NCBI RefSeq assembly: GCF_018977255.1
Contig: NW_024704750.1
Coordinates: 14,074,001 to 14,138,000, forward strand
Direction of reading: 5' to 3'
DNA: 64,000 nt
Source of the DNA: Callorhinchus milii
Lineage: Eukaryota
Below, piece by piece: positions 24,481 to 38,242 of the stretch; the stretch's first letter is position 1; the number at the start of each line of letters is the position of its first letter. The translations under genes were made by a program, and so were the position numbers. Under the pieces are notes generated by a model. That model ran no database searches. It was not told where the DNA came from and worked only from the letters and a program-made list of their open reading frames with translations.

Positions 24481-24564
24481 TAATGTTACACTTTATTTAT
24501 TAATTTTTCAGAGATTTAAACAGTTCATTAAATATTTACCTCTGGTGATGTTCCTTCTCTTTGA

Positions 24565-24952
24565 CTGGGCCTTGTTCCTCCCTACCTCTGTGACCTGCTA
24601 ACTCCATAAAGACTTGTCCGCGCTCTCCGCTCATCGGACCCCGGTGTGTTCCATGTCCCCCGCCTGGCCCATCCCACAATCGGCAGTCAAGCTTTCAATC
24701 TCTCTGACCACCCCCCCCACTTTGGAACTTCATGCCACAGTCCCTTCGACTTACCCCCTCCCTTGCTTGCATCAAGGCCCATCTCAAGATTCTCCTCTTC
24801 AACGGGGCCTTCAGTTACCCTCCTACCCCTAACGCTCCCTGCCCTCACCTCTCCTGATCCCAGCCCCCACCTCAGGTCCAAATCCTTGACTGTCCAGTAC
24901 CTGGGATGTCCTACGGACATGAAAGGCACTATACAAATGTAATTTGTTGTTG
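24565..24952 (+). mobile_element. L2 3' fragment (type A tail)
   Basis: HVPRLAHPTIGSQAF…ttggaact…tcaagattctcctcttcaac…gtccagtacctgggatgtcctacggacatgaaaggcactatacaaatgtaatttgttgttg. Confidence 0.85.
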
Positions 24953-25402
24953 GGCCTGTGCATGCCTCATACACTACGCTTTGACCTCACTTTTCTGGGT
25001 CAAATCAATGACATCAGGAGTGGATGCCCATTTAACTAGCCCAGATCTTTGACTGCCGTGCATGGGAAAGGGCCAAAGTTTAAGCTTCTTTTGATTTGCA
25101 ACCCAACTTGCATATTCAATTTCTTCAGCACTCTCTTGACATCTTTTATCATGGCCTCATAACAAGTACCGACCAACACAATCATCCATCAGTTTGAACA
25201 TTATTGTATTTTCATCTGTGAAGGGAATTGAAAACGTTGATTTCAATAAGGTTTTGTCCTCCTGGTGAGGCTGTAAATAAAAGGGAACTTGGCTGTAGGT
25301 GTACAAAATGCACTGAAAAATTAGGTTCAGGCCCTCAGTTATACCTTTTAAGTGACTAACCCGCTCCAAGTTGATTGTTGCTTAAATGCAATGCTATAAC
25401 GA

Positions 25403-25724
25403 TGGAGTCCTATAGCTCAGTGGTTAGAGCACTCGCCTTGCAAGCGAGACACCTGGGTTCAATTCCAGGCAGGGCGAAACCTTGGGCAAGTTTCCTTACT
25501 CCACATGCCTATTAATAATCCATCCAAAAAAGAAAACAGTAATAAATTGGTCATTTTCAATCCACAACTGTTTGTGGGTCCCTACTGTGCGCAATTGGCT
25601 ACTGCGTTTCACCCACAAAATATACAGTCCATTTGTTTTACAGTATACTCTGTGAAGCGCTTTGAGACGTCATGAAGACGTGACAAGGCGCTAAATCAAA
25701 TGCAAGGATTATTATTGTTATTAT
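25403..25724 (+). mobile_element. Full-length tRNA-SINE with short body and old-type tail
   Basis: Head tggagtcctatagctcagtgg…gggttcaattcc, no CORE-like insert, tail gagacgtcatgaagacgtgacaaggcgc. Confidence 0.92.
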
Positions 25725-25754
25725 GAAGGGAATGATTAATTTTATCTTTAGGTT

Positions 25755-25905
25755 GCTAGCCCTGACACCGGGAGAAACAACGTTCTCTTTCCGAATAGTA
25801 CCATGGGATCTTTAACATCTCCTTGATCAGTCAGACGGGACCTCGGTTTAATGTCTCATCCACATGACGACATCTCCGACAATGCAGTGCTCCCCCTAGC
25901 ACTGT
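25755..25905 (-). mobile_element. Deu-SINE fragment
   Basis: gacaccgggagaaac…atagtaccatgggatctttaacatc…cctcggtttaatgtctcatcc…ccgacaatgcagtgctccc. Confidence 0.8.
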
Positions 25906-27562
25906 GCCCAATGTACTGTGTACAAGCAAATGTCTCTCACGAGTTAAGAACTATAAAATGAAGGGATGTGTCATTTGGATATTGCCATCTGAAATAATTA
26001 TTTTTCAGTGCCTAGGTTATTAATAATGAATAAAGCATACCAAATGCACTTCATCCATCACAAATCAAGTAGCATGGGAAAATCTTTGCTTGCCAGTGTA
26101 CAAATCTAGATTAATATCTGTGCTCTTGCCCTGCAGCATAATGTGCTAGATATTAATCGTTACTTGCAGATTGGAGAAACAGGCAAGAGATTCTTGCTAA
26201 AGGAACACACAATTATTGCATAGCCATGTAGCTGATCCATGGTAAATAACCTGTGGCATCACAGCATGATGCAGGAGAGCTTATCATTTGCAGTGAGGAA
26301 AGGCCAGAGTGTTAAACTATTTCACTGAATACTAACCATCGTTGCAGTAGTAATGAAATGCAGATCAGTCACACCATTCTGACTGAACTTCAACTGCTGC
26401 TAAATCAGTAATAGCTCTGGAAAATTGTTTGTATTATTAAATGCATCCACAATCATATTTCTAATAAATCGGTAACATTGAATTGATATTGAGATGTTGT
26501 GTATCCGTGCCTCTGATATTATTCCCAGGCTCTCACCTTTTAAGAGTATGAGTTCATACAATGAATAATATTTGTAACGAAGCTTGGCTTTAAGCGGTCA
26601 TCTTTGGCACTTGATATAAATGACACTTAATGGGAAATGCAGGTAACGTTCGGATGTACTCTCCTCAGAGCTGTTGGTGGCTGGTTTCCCCGGTGGTTCA
26701 GATAGTACAATGTGCCGGCACGCACCGTGACTGAGAAAGTTAAACTCAGAAGGAGACAATCAGGTGCTCCGAGAAACATGCTCCAAAGCAAGAGGTTTCT
26801 GTTGCATCTTTGAGGGGTCCCTGCTGTCTGTCAGAGGTAGTGGCAGCTACGCTCTACGCACTGCAAACCAATGAGGTAGTCTTGTGCTCCCTGGCTTATA
26901 TATAACATGAAAGTGGTTCATCATCCCTCGTCTAAGACCGAGGCTATCACCTTTTGTTCCAGGTTGTTTGATCACTGCAAATATATTCTCGGGGTTCAGT
27001 TTATCCATGTCCTTTACCATTACAAAATAACTCTTTCTTGTAGTGCGAACACTCCCAGTGTCTGTAGCCTCCCCTCATAACGCAGGTGCCTATTTCAAGC
27101 TATTAACGTGATCACCCTTTGGCCCATCCATAACTTCTCGGGGTATTGGTGTTGTAAAAGATTGAAGAAGAAAATGAAAGAGACAGCAGTGCGCTCATTA
27201 AAAGCACAAGTTGCCAAGTGCTGGGACAGGTGAACAGAAAATGTTGGGTGCACCCCTTCCTTTCATGTACCAAATGGAGCATAAAACAATCTGACTTCTT
27301 ATCGTCAGGTGTTATCATGTGCCCTGTTCAATTTCTTCGCGATCTGAAATCTTTTATTCTACACAGCACATAATGACTCCCAATTAGCAGCAGATTGCAT
27401 GGCTGTGGTTTGGAAATTGAGAACAAATTATGGCTGTGCCTTATGTCCACCATCAGGATTAACTTGGTCATTTCTTAGCATGCCAATCTGTTCACCAGAG
27501 CTGCTGCAGACTTTCCATGTGCAGATACATCCTGTGCAATCCACGAAGCATTGTTGATTATT

Positions 27563-27845
27563 ACATAGAATGACATAAACCACAGCACCAAAACAGGCTG
27601 TTCTGCCCAACTAAACCATGCCGCTGATTATACTCTACATAAGCTTCCTCTCTCCTAATCCCTGTTCATTTACTCCTCTATTCCCCTTTCCCTCATATAT
27701 ACATTAAGTTTCCTCTTCAATGCTTTTTGCTTCCAGCAGTGAGTTCCATACTGTCGCCAACCCTTTGTGTAAAGACTTTCCTCCTAAACTCTCTTTTAGA
27801 TCTGCAAGTGGCTATTCTATATTTATGCCTCCTTGTTTTGGAAAC
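27563..27845 (-). mobile_element. CR1 3' end fragment
   Basis: acatagaatgacataaaccacagcaccaaaacaggc…gcccaac…gcagtgagttccatac…ccctttgtgtaaagactttcctcct. Confidence 0.7.
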
Positions 27846-28659
27846 AGATTACTAATGCCCATCTTTTGAGCCTGATAACACTCTCACCTCCGAGTCAGAA
27901 GCTTGTGGGTTCACCAACAAGTGAAGGATCCTCCAAGATCTGGGATCCCATAAGCTGGGTTAGAAATACAATTCATTTCTGATTCCACTCTTCATTGAAA
28001 CTGGGTCTTTGTAAGTTAATCGACTGACAATTTATTTGTATGTTTGTAGTCTGCAAATCATCCTGCAGACCATTATTTAGCGTATTTAGCAAATCTCTAG
28101 GCAAATGGATAAACAAAGCTTACTGTAATTCTCAGTGGAAGTCAATAGAGGTCAGAGTGATAAAAATGAACAAACGATCTATCGGAGTATTAATGGCAGC
28201 GTATGTTAGTGTGTGGTAGCTAACTTCAAAGCTGCTTTGTTTTTCTGATTTGGTGAACTGCTTAACAGGCCATTGCAATTCAATGTGGGAAAATATACAT
28301 CAGTAGAATTTATTTTGGCTTATCTTGATTTCTCCCAACTCCCGACCCAATATAATATGGTGGGTATTCTGGCCGAAGGGCCGGCTTTATCCGTATTTTT
28401 CTTGTGATCATGCCAATTGTTTGACTCCTTTCTTCACGCTTTGGGAATGGTTCCACAGATTCCGGTTGCCTTCATTGTCTCTCTCTCCTATGGCTTTCTC
28501 GCATGACGTACCCAGGTTCTGCAGCAGGGAGTGGGCAAGTGACTTCATCTCAGACCTGGAGAAGTGACTCATACAATGGCGAGCAATTCTTACTGCATTA
28601 ATTATATAAATCCCATTCCTAATCCTCCATGTTTCAATTTGATCACCACAAAGTCTCCT

Positions 28660-28765
28660 CTATTTCGCCCACAAATCACACCGTCACTACACTTTACTGT
28701 AAATCCTGTGAAGCGCTTTGAGGTGTCCTCCTGACATAAAAGGTGCTATATCAAATGCAAAGATG
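28660..28765 (+). mobile_element. SINE 3' tail fragment
   Basis: ttcgcccacaaat…ctgtgaagcgctttgagg…ggtgctatatcaaatgcaa. Confidence 0.75.
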
Positions 28766-28899
28766 ATAGGATTGTACAATGTTTATGTAACAGATAGTTC
28801 CAACTGCCTAACCTTTCCTCATAGTTAGTATATCAGGGATCATCTTGGTTGTGTAAGACTCCCTCAGGGCAGAAATATTCTTAGTCTGAGATGCCAAGC

Positions 28900-29340
28900 G
28901 TGTCCGCCTGGCTCAGTTGGTTGCACGTTCGTCTCTGAATCAGAAGATTGTGGGTTTAAGCCCCAAGTCAGGATTTGGAATCATACTGTCTAAGCTGACA
29001 CTTCAATGCAGTGCTGGAGGTGTGTTGCATTGTCAGAGGTGCTTCGGATGAGATGTTAATCTAAGGGCCCATCTGCCTGTTCAGTTGGATGTTAAAGATA
29101 CCATGGCACTATTCAATCAGAGAAAGGAGTTTCTCCCGATATCTTGGCCAAGAATCTCCGAAGTAAAATTGGTCACTTTCTCCATGGCTGTTGCAGGAAA
29201 CTGCTGTGCACAAAATTGGCTGCCGCATTTCGCCCACAAAATGCACAGTCAATCCACTTTACAGTATATCCTGTGAAGCTCTTTGAGATGTCTCACCGAC
29301 ATGATAAGGCGCAATATCAAATGCAAGGATTATTATTATT
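28900..29340 (+). mobile_element. Full-length Deu-domain SINE (SacSINE1-like)
   Basis: tRNA head gcctggctcagttggttgcac…tgggtttaagcccc, Deu domain gcattgtcagaggtgc…ggatgagatgttaa…aaagataccatggcactatt, L2-like tail and (TTA)n. Confidence 0.9.
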
Positions 29341-30243
29341 GCAGTTTAATCAACATGGGATCTGACCAGGACCTTATGTAACAACAATATCTTTGGTTTG
29401 CCTTTCTGCTGATGCAATCCAGAATTGTTCTTTGCATTTTAAATCTCAGCTAAGCACAAGGCTGATTGACTTATCCACACACACTTGTGCAATGCGTTTG
29501 CATGAGCCAATGAGTTTGGATGGGGGATTTGTTGCCACCGTTAGAATCATTTCCCCATCTGTTAGCAAACAGGCAACACAACATCAATAAATGTTTTTTT
29601 TTGATGCATGATTTCATTGTACACAAACCATAGATAGGACCTGACCCTAGGCTCTGCAAAACGGCAACCGTGTTCCCTTTGAAGTATACCTTCAAATGCC
29701 TTTGTGTAGAAAGATAGATCACAAGAGAAATTCGAAAGAAGAAAGCCATTGGGCCAACTTGATCTCTTCCTTCCAGAATACCCACCTTTAAATTATAATA
29801 CAATAAAAAGTTACATTACATAGCGCCTTTTCACTCCCAACGTCAAGCTGTTAAATTATTCCAACGTCCTGGCCTCAACTCACCTTCCTGATAACCCAAT
29901 TTCTCTCCTTCCCCTCTTTAATTCTATCCAAATTTGATGTTACTGCTGTGACTCCAAGTTTTATTGTGTTATATGAATGTAACACAAGAAATAAACATAA
30001 TCCTGTAAACATGCAGAGGTCAACCAAAACCAAAGTTGCACAGAAGCACCAAGTAACCATAACAGGACTGGCTAAACATTACTCTAAAGGAGCTTCACTA
30101 TAGGGAAAGCACAAATATGATAGAAATTCTCAAACATTAGTGAGCTGTAACTTGGGTCATAGTCACAGATTGTGCCTTTATCCAAATTTATAATGGAGGA
30201 AATCCTATTAATGGCTGATATCTCCAAGGATATTTGTAATATT

Positions 30244-30543
30244 GTGGAGTCCTTAGGCATGTTTCCTTACTCCACACGCCTCTGGTTACCTAGCAGTAAA
30301 TAGGAACCCGGTTGTTATTAGATTGGCGAATCGCTTTTCCAGTTAATAATTCTTACAAAAAAAATAATAAATTGGTTACTTCAATCAATGACTGTTTGTG
30401 GGACACTGCTGTGCACAATTGGCTGCTGTGTTTCACCCACAAAATATATACAGTAAATTCACTTTACAGTATATTCTGTGAAGTGCTTTGAGACGTCTCA
30501 AAGACATGATAAGACGCTAGATCAAATGCAAGGATTATTATTA
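30244..30543 (+). mobile_element. tRNA-SINE long form with most of the tRNA head deleted
   Basis: gtggagtcctt is joined directly to ggcatgtttccttactccacacgcctctggttacctagcagtaaataggaaccc; the tail is intact. Confidence 0.85.
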
Positions 30544-31119
30544 TCATACACGAAAATTATATTGGAAAGACTTGACTAGATATTAGATTTCCTTAATTTT
30601 ACTCAGAGTTGATTAAACAAGCTTTAACATGGTATCACTGGAAAATTACTGAAATCTTGCGACAAACAATAAATTAAGCTGTTTTTTTGTTCATTTATAA
30701 TCATTATAAAGTGATTTGCCTTGGAGTAACTCATTGTCAACCCCCCCCACTGCAGATATTAAGCTTCTGTCAGTCCCATTTCTGAGTCAGACCCATTTTT
30801 CAAGTTACAAATTTACAATTAATCTTTCATCTGCACGACTCCACAGTGATCCTCTCAGTCAATTTAAACAGTAACGTGAGTGATTTCCTCAATTTGCTTC
30901 CTCTACCAGGAAGTGTAGTTTGTCACAGCCAAGTTGCCGGATGGTAGCTCAGGTGGGAAAGAACTCCCTTTGGATTGTGGCAGTGAGGTTGAAAATGTGG
31001 ACATTTCAATTGGAATTCTCTGGTTAAGGAATTGCTATGGGGTCCCCTTCTCACAAGAGAAACTGAGAGAAATGATGGCAGGCTGAAACTTGAAAGGGGT
31101 TGGGATTCTTGCATAATAG

Positions 31120-31275
31120 CCAACAACAACTTGCATTTATGTAGCGCCTTTCACATCATGAGGATATCCAAAGGGGCTGGACAGTTAAGGATTTGCACCC
31201 AATCTGGGGGTTGGAATCAAGAGGGCGGGAAGGGTTGGGAAGATGGCCAGAGTTCTGTGTTAAGCACGGTGATGA
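31120..31275 (-). mobile_element. L2 3' tail
   Basis: caacaacaacttgcatttatgtagcgcctttcacatcatgaggatatccaaaggggctggacag. Confidence 0.75.
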
Positions 31276-32514
31276 GTCTCCATGTGTGTCAGACAATGAC
31301 CGACCAAAACAAAATCTAAAGAATTGAATATTGAACAGAACTGTGGACACATTCTTAAATTTAGTAAATTCAGTCTCAATACTCGAGAGACAAATAAAAG
31401 ATCAGTGAATGGATTTTTTATGAGATATTAACACAGCATCAAAAAAAAAGTTTAGTGGTCGAGATAAACTGTACCCTGTGGAAATAATTAGTCAATGAGC
31501 GGTCAAAGATCAGCGAAACATAATGGAAAAACACTACCAGGATGAAAGGTCATGTCATGTTTCACTTCTGTGCAAATTTACGGTAGGATGTGACAAATAT
31601 TGCATAATGCTGCCACGAAAATGTTAGAATTAGCTACTGTATTTCACCAGTTCTTGAACCATGACCCAATGCTTTTATCTGCAAATTAATTGTGGCTAAA
31701 TGAGCAGAATAAAAGGTTTGACTAATTAGAAACAGGACGAGAGATAATTGCTTATCACCATTTCATTATTCAGAATAACATTCGCATTAATAGTTGTAAG
31801 GGCTCTGGGTTTCAGATTCAAGGGCAAGATCATTATGTGAAGGAGACCAACTGTCCAGTTTCCAGTTGCATGAATAAAATCAGAATACATGAATACGTGA
31901 ACATGCTTAATGTGCTCAGCTGTGAACCCTCACAACTCAGTTCTCTCATTCTCGATTGTTACCTGCACTTCATGTTGAGAAGAATATACAATGTAGATCT
32001 TACAAATTCTGCATTGAAGTACACAGGAGGTGAAAGAGAGCACCAGTCCAGTACATGGATCGTTGATGCCCAACTTCTTTGCACCATTTGTAACTGAGGT
32101 ATCCATAATTTGTACATGACCTGTGTACCATATGTACAGTCATGTAGAAATTTTATATAAAGACTTTTATATAAGGAGCTTAAGCAAATCACTTGTAGTT
32201 GGTCACTGTTGACCAAGTGTTGCTGTTATTTCATTGATACACTCGGTACCTAGAGATTCAGAAAATAATAATTAATAATAATAAATAAGAATAGCCAGAA
32301 GCTCTGATTAAGGCAAACAAAGGGATATAGGAGAGGGGAAAAAGAGGGGTAGTGGCTCACGATGGGTGTCAAGACTGGTTCAGAATAGTTGGGCCCAAAG
32401 AAATAGATCCAGGTTCTTTCATCAAAACATTGAATTGCCTTTGAATATTAGCTACTACATTATTATGGGCAATAAAGAGGCATTTATCACAACAATTTAA
32501 TTTATAAGGCCTGT

Positions 32515-32675
32515 TAAGACCTTCTGTGCCTTCCATCATTTTCCCACCTCACCCCCTTGCCCTCCACCGTTCTCGATTCCGACCCCCAGTTCTGGTGCAA
32601 ACCATTCACTGTCCAACACCTTGGGACATCTTCCCGACGTGAAAGGTGCTATAGAAATGCAATTTGTTGTTGTTG
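32515..32675 (+). mobile_element. L2 3' tail
   Basis: …ctgtccaacaccttgggacatcttcccgacgtgaaaggtgctatagaaatgcaatttgttgttgttg. Confidence 0.8.
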
Positions 32676-33140
32676 CCCATCTGAAGTCATTACTTGTCTT
32701 ACTTTATCAGTTTAGAGTGGTAAATCTTAAATATTGTTCAAAATCGTCCAAATCCTGCAGGGATCTGCTAAAGGTCAGGATGAATGTTAGACGTGGCACG
32801 AAACTAACTGCACATGACACTTAAGGACAAGCCTATCATACGTGGGATGATGTATGCTTGGATTTTACCAAATATTGATATCAGAAAAATGAGATGATTT
32901 ATCATAAATCATAGCAAATGGTACAACTGGCAAATGCTGGTAGTGACTCTAATGTTTTCGATTAACGGGGAATTGTTGCCTTACCAGGCCTCCACTCACG
33001 GAAAATATTTCAATGAGTGCAGCAGTATGGATATCAGTGGGATATATACAAGAGGAACGATACGATGGAAACATACCTTTCAAAGTAGAGTGAATTACAT
33101 TAAGTATCTCAGTACGTTTTGTTAAACTAAACTGTTTAGG

Positions 33141-33378
33141 GTGTCAACCTGACTCAGTTGGTAGCACTCTCATCTCCAAGTCATGACTAGGTTGTGGGTT
33201 CATGTTGAGCTCACAGTCTAGCTGACATTCCAACACAGTGGAATACAATACAGGAAGCACCGCATTGTCAGAGGTTCTGTCCATCATATGAGATATTTAG
33301 CCAAGGTTCCATCTGCCTACTCAGGGGGGTGTTAAAGATCCCATGGCACTGTTCAAAAAGAGAAGGGTGTCTCTCTCA
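33141..33378 (+). mobile_element. Deu-SINE 5' half
   Basis: gtgtcaacctgactcagttggtagcactctc…gcattgtcagagg…gttaaagatcccatggcact. Confidence 0.8.
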
Positions 33379-36300
33379 ATGGAATACTGATTTAGGATTA
33401 TTAACTGAGGTTTCCTAATGTGTTGTAGATTTTTGTGGTTCTATAGAACTGGTACCTTAGGTTTGTGGGTTTACAAGCAGATCAATGAAAACCAACAGCA
33501 CAATAGAAAACACCACTGGATATGCATTACTAAATGAAAATCAGGTAGCGCTTTGAGTTAGAGAGAAGAGGTTATTTGATGCCAGCTGTCTGAACTGTTT
33601 GATCCATAATATTTAAAATTGACTGTAATGTATGAAGAATGCTATTGTTCTGCTTGAGAAAGCAGCGGTTGGTTAGTTTTTTTTCCCGAGATTTGTGCAC
33701 TTTTCTCCATAGTCTGAGTTTGATGGGCTGAGGGAAGGAATGGAATATGCTTGATATACGTTTTACGTATCAGCTCATCTTATCTGGTTCCCGCTGGAAA
33801 GCTCATTCAGTATCTGCAAAGCTAAACAAACAGGAGTCAACTTTGTCTTGAAATTGACTTGTATCCAAGTGCTCTTTTTATCAATCTGAATGTCAAAGTG
33901 GAACCAGCATAAATTGCCTACCACAGTCACACGCTTCTGCTGCAATTCAGTAAAGGATAAAGGTTGTGCGATTTGATAGACTCGTGGCCACTAAGGGTGA
34001 GGGCACGCTAGATGCTACAACTACAACTTGGACTTGATTGTTAGGAGGATGTCTCAAAGTGCTTTACGGGATTTACTGTAAGGTGGAGTGACTGGGTCCC
34101 TTGTGGGCAAACGTGCATCCTTGTGGGTGAACCTCAAGTCCATAGGAAAGGAAACCTGAATTGGATGGAGTGGGTTGGGGTTGAGGGTTTGGGGGGGTTA
34201 AAATGCAAATGCGATGTTTGCAAACAGCTTTGCAACTAGCAGTGCCTGAGGGTAACCTGAAATGAGTTTTGATGAACTCAGCCCTGTAAATAAATTAATA
34301 ACATCACTGTTTAGACTCCTCAGGCATAGCAATGGTAAATTCCAGCCCAAGACCAAAACCTGGGTAAAGAAGCAGTGTCATTGCTTGAATCAGACTCCCG
34401 AGGTATGTGGCAGCAGGTAATATAATAACTCGCCGAGTGCTTGTGAAGTATGTAAGAAGTTCTTAAAGTTGAATGGAGTGTTGGGCAGAAGCTAATTTAA
34501 TGTGCAATAATAGAAGTCAAAGAAAAGCAGGAGGCAGATAGAATTTTAAACAATCAATAGTCAGCTAGCTTTTGAAATTGCCTTCACAGGATCACAGAAT
34601 TGGTTCAGGTGAAGAAAGACTTCAGCCCTCCAAAATACCCACTCACTGTCCTCCCATCACAGTAACAAGTATCACAATGTCCTGGCCTCAAACTCACTTC
34701 CTGGCATCCTGTTCCAGTCGTTCATTATCTGATCCTAGCTCTCAATTTGACACTCTGCACAAGCAGGGAGACCAATTCTGGGCAATTTCAGAATGGAATT
34801 AACTTGGATTATGACTTGAAATAACAACATGCCATGCAATACAATAAAATGAGTACATTTTAATGTAACACTGCAATGCCAGCATTTGTCATGGCAAATG
34901 GCTTTCACTCTACCAGCACGTTACTGGTGGGTAGATCTCAGGATTCTCTCACACAGGCAAAGTAGTGGACTCTACTGATAGACTGGAAAACACAGGGGGT
35001 AGGAATCTTTCTACTCAGCTACAAGCCAAAGCCTTATGTGTAGAGCCATACTAACTGGACAGGCAGCAGGAAGTTTTCCTGACATTATTCTCAACGGCAA
35101 ACTATGTAGTTTTAATTGGTTAGACTCCAGCAGTACCTCAACACACTGTCTAGGGTCGCCAAACCTTGGCTCTTCCCAAACTGCACCTAATACTCTCCGG
35201 AATTAGGTAAGCAGGGTGTGTGTCTCTCTCCAGAGAGAGAGTGTCCATTCCATTCCAGTCACAGGGGGAATACATACGGGGTCTGGTTTGCACACTTTTA
35301 AGCATGGTGATGGGTTTCTGCTCAGCTCACCTGACTGACCGGAAAAAAATTAAAATCAAAGAACAATTGTGTCAGTGCCAACCCTGTACATTCCTCTTCT
35401 GGGTCGCTTGGTGCTACAATATTCTCTGAACTATTTAAAAAAATAAGGATGCACAGGATACACTGAAGTCATGTAACATTTGATGCTTATGTGTAACTGG
35501 TCGGCAGCACACACAAGGAGAAACTACAAGATGTGCCTGTCAAGCTTCCCAGGAGTAAAAACAAGGCAGCTGCGCTCAGTCGTTGCTTCATGAGTATTCA
35601 ATTGTAAAGTCTACACTACACTGATACATCTCAATGTGCCTTCTTTGTATCTAATTTGCAAGCTTGAGCCCAGACTCCTGAGCTGTACTGTACCAGCCAG
35701 AGGACAGGATCAGTATAGTTAGGAGTTGCAGCTTGCTGTGACACTCAAAGTAACACACGGCAATAGCACAACAGACCTGTGCACTCATGATGTGCAACGA
35801 GGCTTTGAAGCCTTGAGACCTGAAGGACTGCATAGTCTCAGCCCTTAGACTGTGTTAATTTTTAAGATCATTGAGAATTTTAGAACAATCTAGAATTCAG
35901 ACAAATTGGAAGCCACTTTTTCACAGGTCTTAAAAGTAATAATACTAATGCTATAATAATCCTTGCATTTCACATAGTGTCTGTCTTTCATGTTGGGAAG
36001 AGGTCTCAAAGTAAAGAGTCATCACGGATTGGCAGGAGGACCCCAGTCTTTATAAAGATTCCTTTAAAAAAAAACACTGCTTATTACACCTCAACAGCAG
36101 AAATGCATACTCTAGCTATATTCTGGATCACAAATATTCTATGTTTTGCTCTTGGTTACACACTACTATCCACAATGTATATTTCATAAGGGATCATTAA
36201 CCATTTTCAGAAGAGTACAAATCAAACTCCTTCGCCTCTTGAAAGGTTACTTGCTGAAATAGGAATTATCGATTTTGTAGCAGACTGCTTCCAGTCAATA

Positions 36301-36584
36301 TTTTAATTTTCAGGCACTCTTGTGTTTTCGATGAGACAGTCACGTATGAAGAACATTTCAAATGGTGAATTATGGCGCAGGCTGTAATTGTAATCGATAG
36401 CTGCCATAAACGTAATTTAGGTAATGTAGTATTTGAAAATTCATTTTGAAATTTTACTTGGAATGCGCTTGTTTTGGGTGATTTCCAAAACCCTCATCAT
36501 TTTCAGGAATGTAATGATTATTTTTGAAAAAAGTAAGTGCATTTTGTCTTTGGTAGTAACTTAATGAATACTACTAATAAAATA

Positions 36585-36975
36585 ATAACTCTTACATTTA
36601 ATATATTGCCTCTCATTTTGGGAGACAGTTTTTTTTCACAGATGCACTGTAGTGTAGTGACTGTGTATTTTGAGGGGGATATGGCAGTCAACACAAGCAG
36701 CCATGAAGTGAATGATCAAGTTTGTCTGGGGAATTGTTGGCCAGGATACTGGGAGAAACTTCCTTCTCTTTTTGAATAGTGACACGAACACCCACATAAA
36801 CAGGTAGAAGGGTGGTTCTCAATTTAACACCTCATTTGAAGGACAGCACCTCTGACAATGCAATGCACTTCCAGCACTGCACTGGAGTGTCAGCCTGGAC
36901 TATGAGCTCAAAGTCCTGAACCCCAAATCTTCCAAGCTCAGAGGTGAGAGTGCTACAGTGGAGCCAGACTGACAC
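36585..36975 (-). mobile_element. Near full-length Deu-SINE
   Basis: ttggccaggatactgggagaaact…ggacagcacctctgacaatgca…ctggagtgtcagcctgga…gagagtgctac…gagccagactgacac. Confidence 0.85.
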
Positions 36976-37394
36976 ACATTCAATATTTTAATTCTATGCC
37001 ACTTACACAGGAGGTTCATTTATTAAGTATATTTATATATATGTTCTGCTTTTCATATGTGAATAAACAAATGCTACTCGTTTTATACAGAGCAGGTGTA
37101 CATGCATATTTTCATTAGTTTTAATTGTGCCCAGAGAGAGCCTACCACTTAACACAACACAAGCAAATCTAGGCAGTATTAAAGTTGGCACTTTGATCGA
37201 AAATCTCACAGTGGCAAAAGCTGACTGATATTTTGGTGAAAATGTAAAGTGGAATCAAACCGAGGGATCAATGAAGTCACATGGTCTGGTGCTCTTGTAA
37301 GTGGATAGTACTAAAACTATACTGCAGTTTCTTCACGGTGGCAGAGTTGGATTGCGAAAAGTAAGATGGGGGAATTGATCATAAGCATGAATAA

Positions 37395-37620
37395 AGAGAC
37401 AGGTTTTAGGGTGGATTGATAGATAGATCGAGAGGGGTGGAGGCAGAGTGATAGAGGCAGGGAGTTAGGAGCATCGTGACTGAAGGCTCAGCCACTGATT
37501 GTAGCCCAGAGGGGGCGGAAAACTCAGCTCAGCCCTGTTAGCTCAGGACAAGCAGGGAAGTGGGGTGCACGCAGATCAGAGTGATAGAGATCTCCTGAGC
37601 ATGGAGGGAATTTTTGGGTG
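37395..37620 (-). mobile_element. Old L2 3' fragment
   Basis: gagacaggttttagggtgg…gggagttaggagc…gactgaaggctcagccac resembles L2 minus-strand ends. Confidence 0.5.
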
Positions 37621-38242
37621 AGCGAGGACCACTAAGTCAATGTCACTAGTTGCTGTGCTGAGTGGTGCTGTTAAACTCCTAGATGTAGTGAACCACATTA
37701 AACGCTCAGTAGATTAGCATGTGAGCAGTAAACAGTGTTTACTGTTGACCTCTGGGTGTGACTGGATAAACTTCACAACATTTGATGTTCTGGCCAGTTT
37801 CTCATGGAAAAAAGTCGTGAGTGACAATCAATGGGATTAGTCTATTTTAATTACCAAGTTAAATGGATGAGAATGCACTTGATGGCAGATCAGTGGTAAC
37901 AGATCTGACACTTTCCTTTTGCACTTCAAGGTTCAGCTAAGATATGTATTAACAGAAATAACCTCAGAAACACAAAAACTTTATGCATTCATAAAATGAC
38001 CCTTCAGTCAGTAAGAAGGCATTGAGGTGGCAGCTTTTATTAAAATCTGATTGATTGGGGGACCGGGATTCTTTTTCCAGCACTTGGTTTTCAATCGTCT
38101 TCCAGTCACAATGATCATAGATTATAGGTTTAACCATTCACCATGGCCTTTTACATACAGGTACATTCATTGCATTAATAAATTCACCCTTTTCAGTATT
38201 GGCCACCTATTCCGGTCACTCCACTTGATAGTATATAATAGT

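Noticed and set aside
26872-26893. TGAGGTAGT let-7-like start
   Set aside because: Only 9 nt match; no mature sequence or precursor hairpin.
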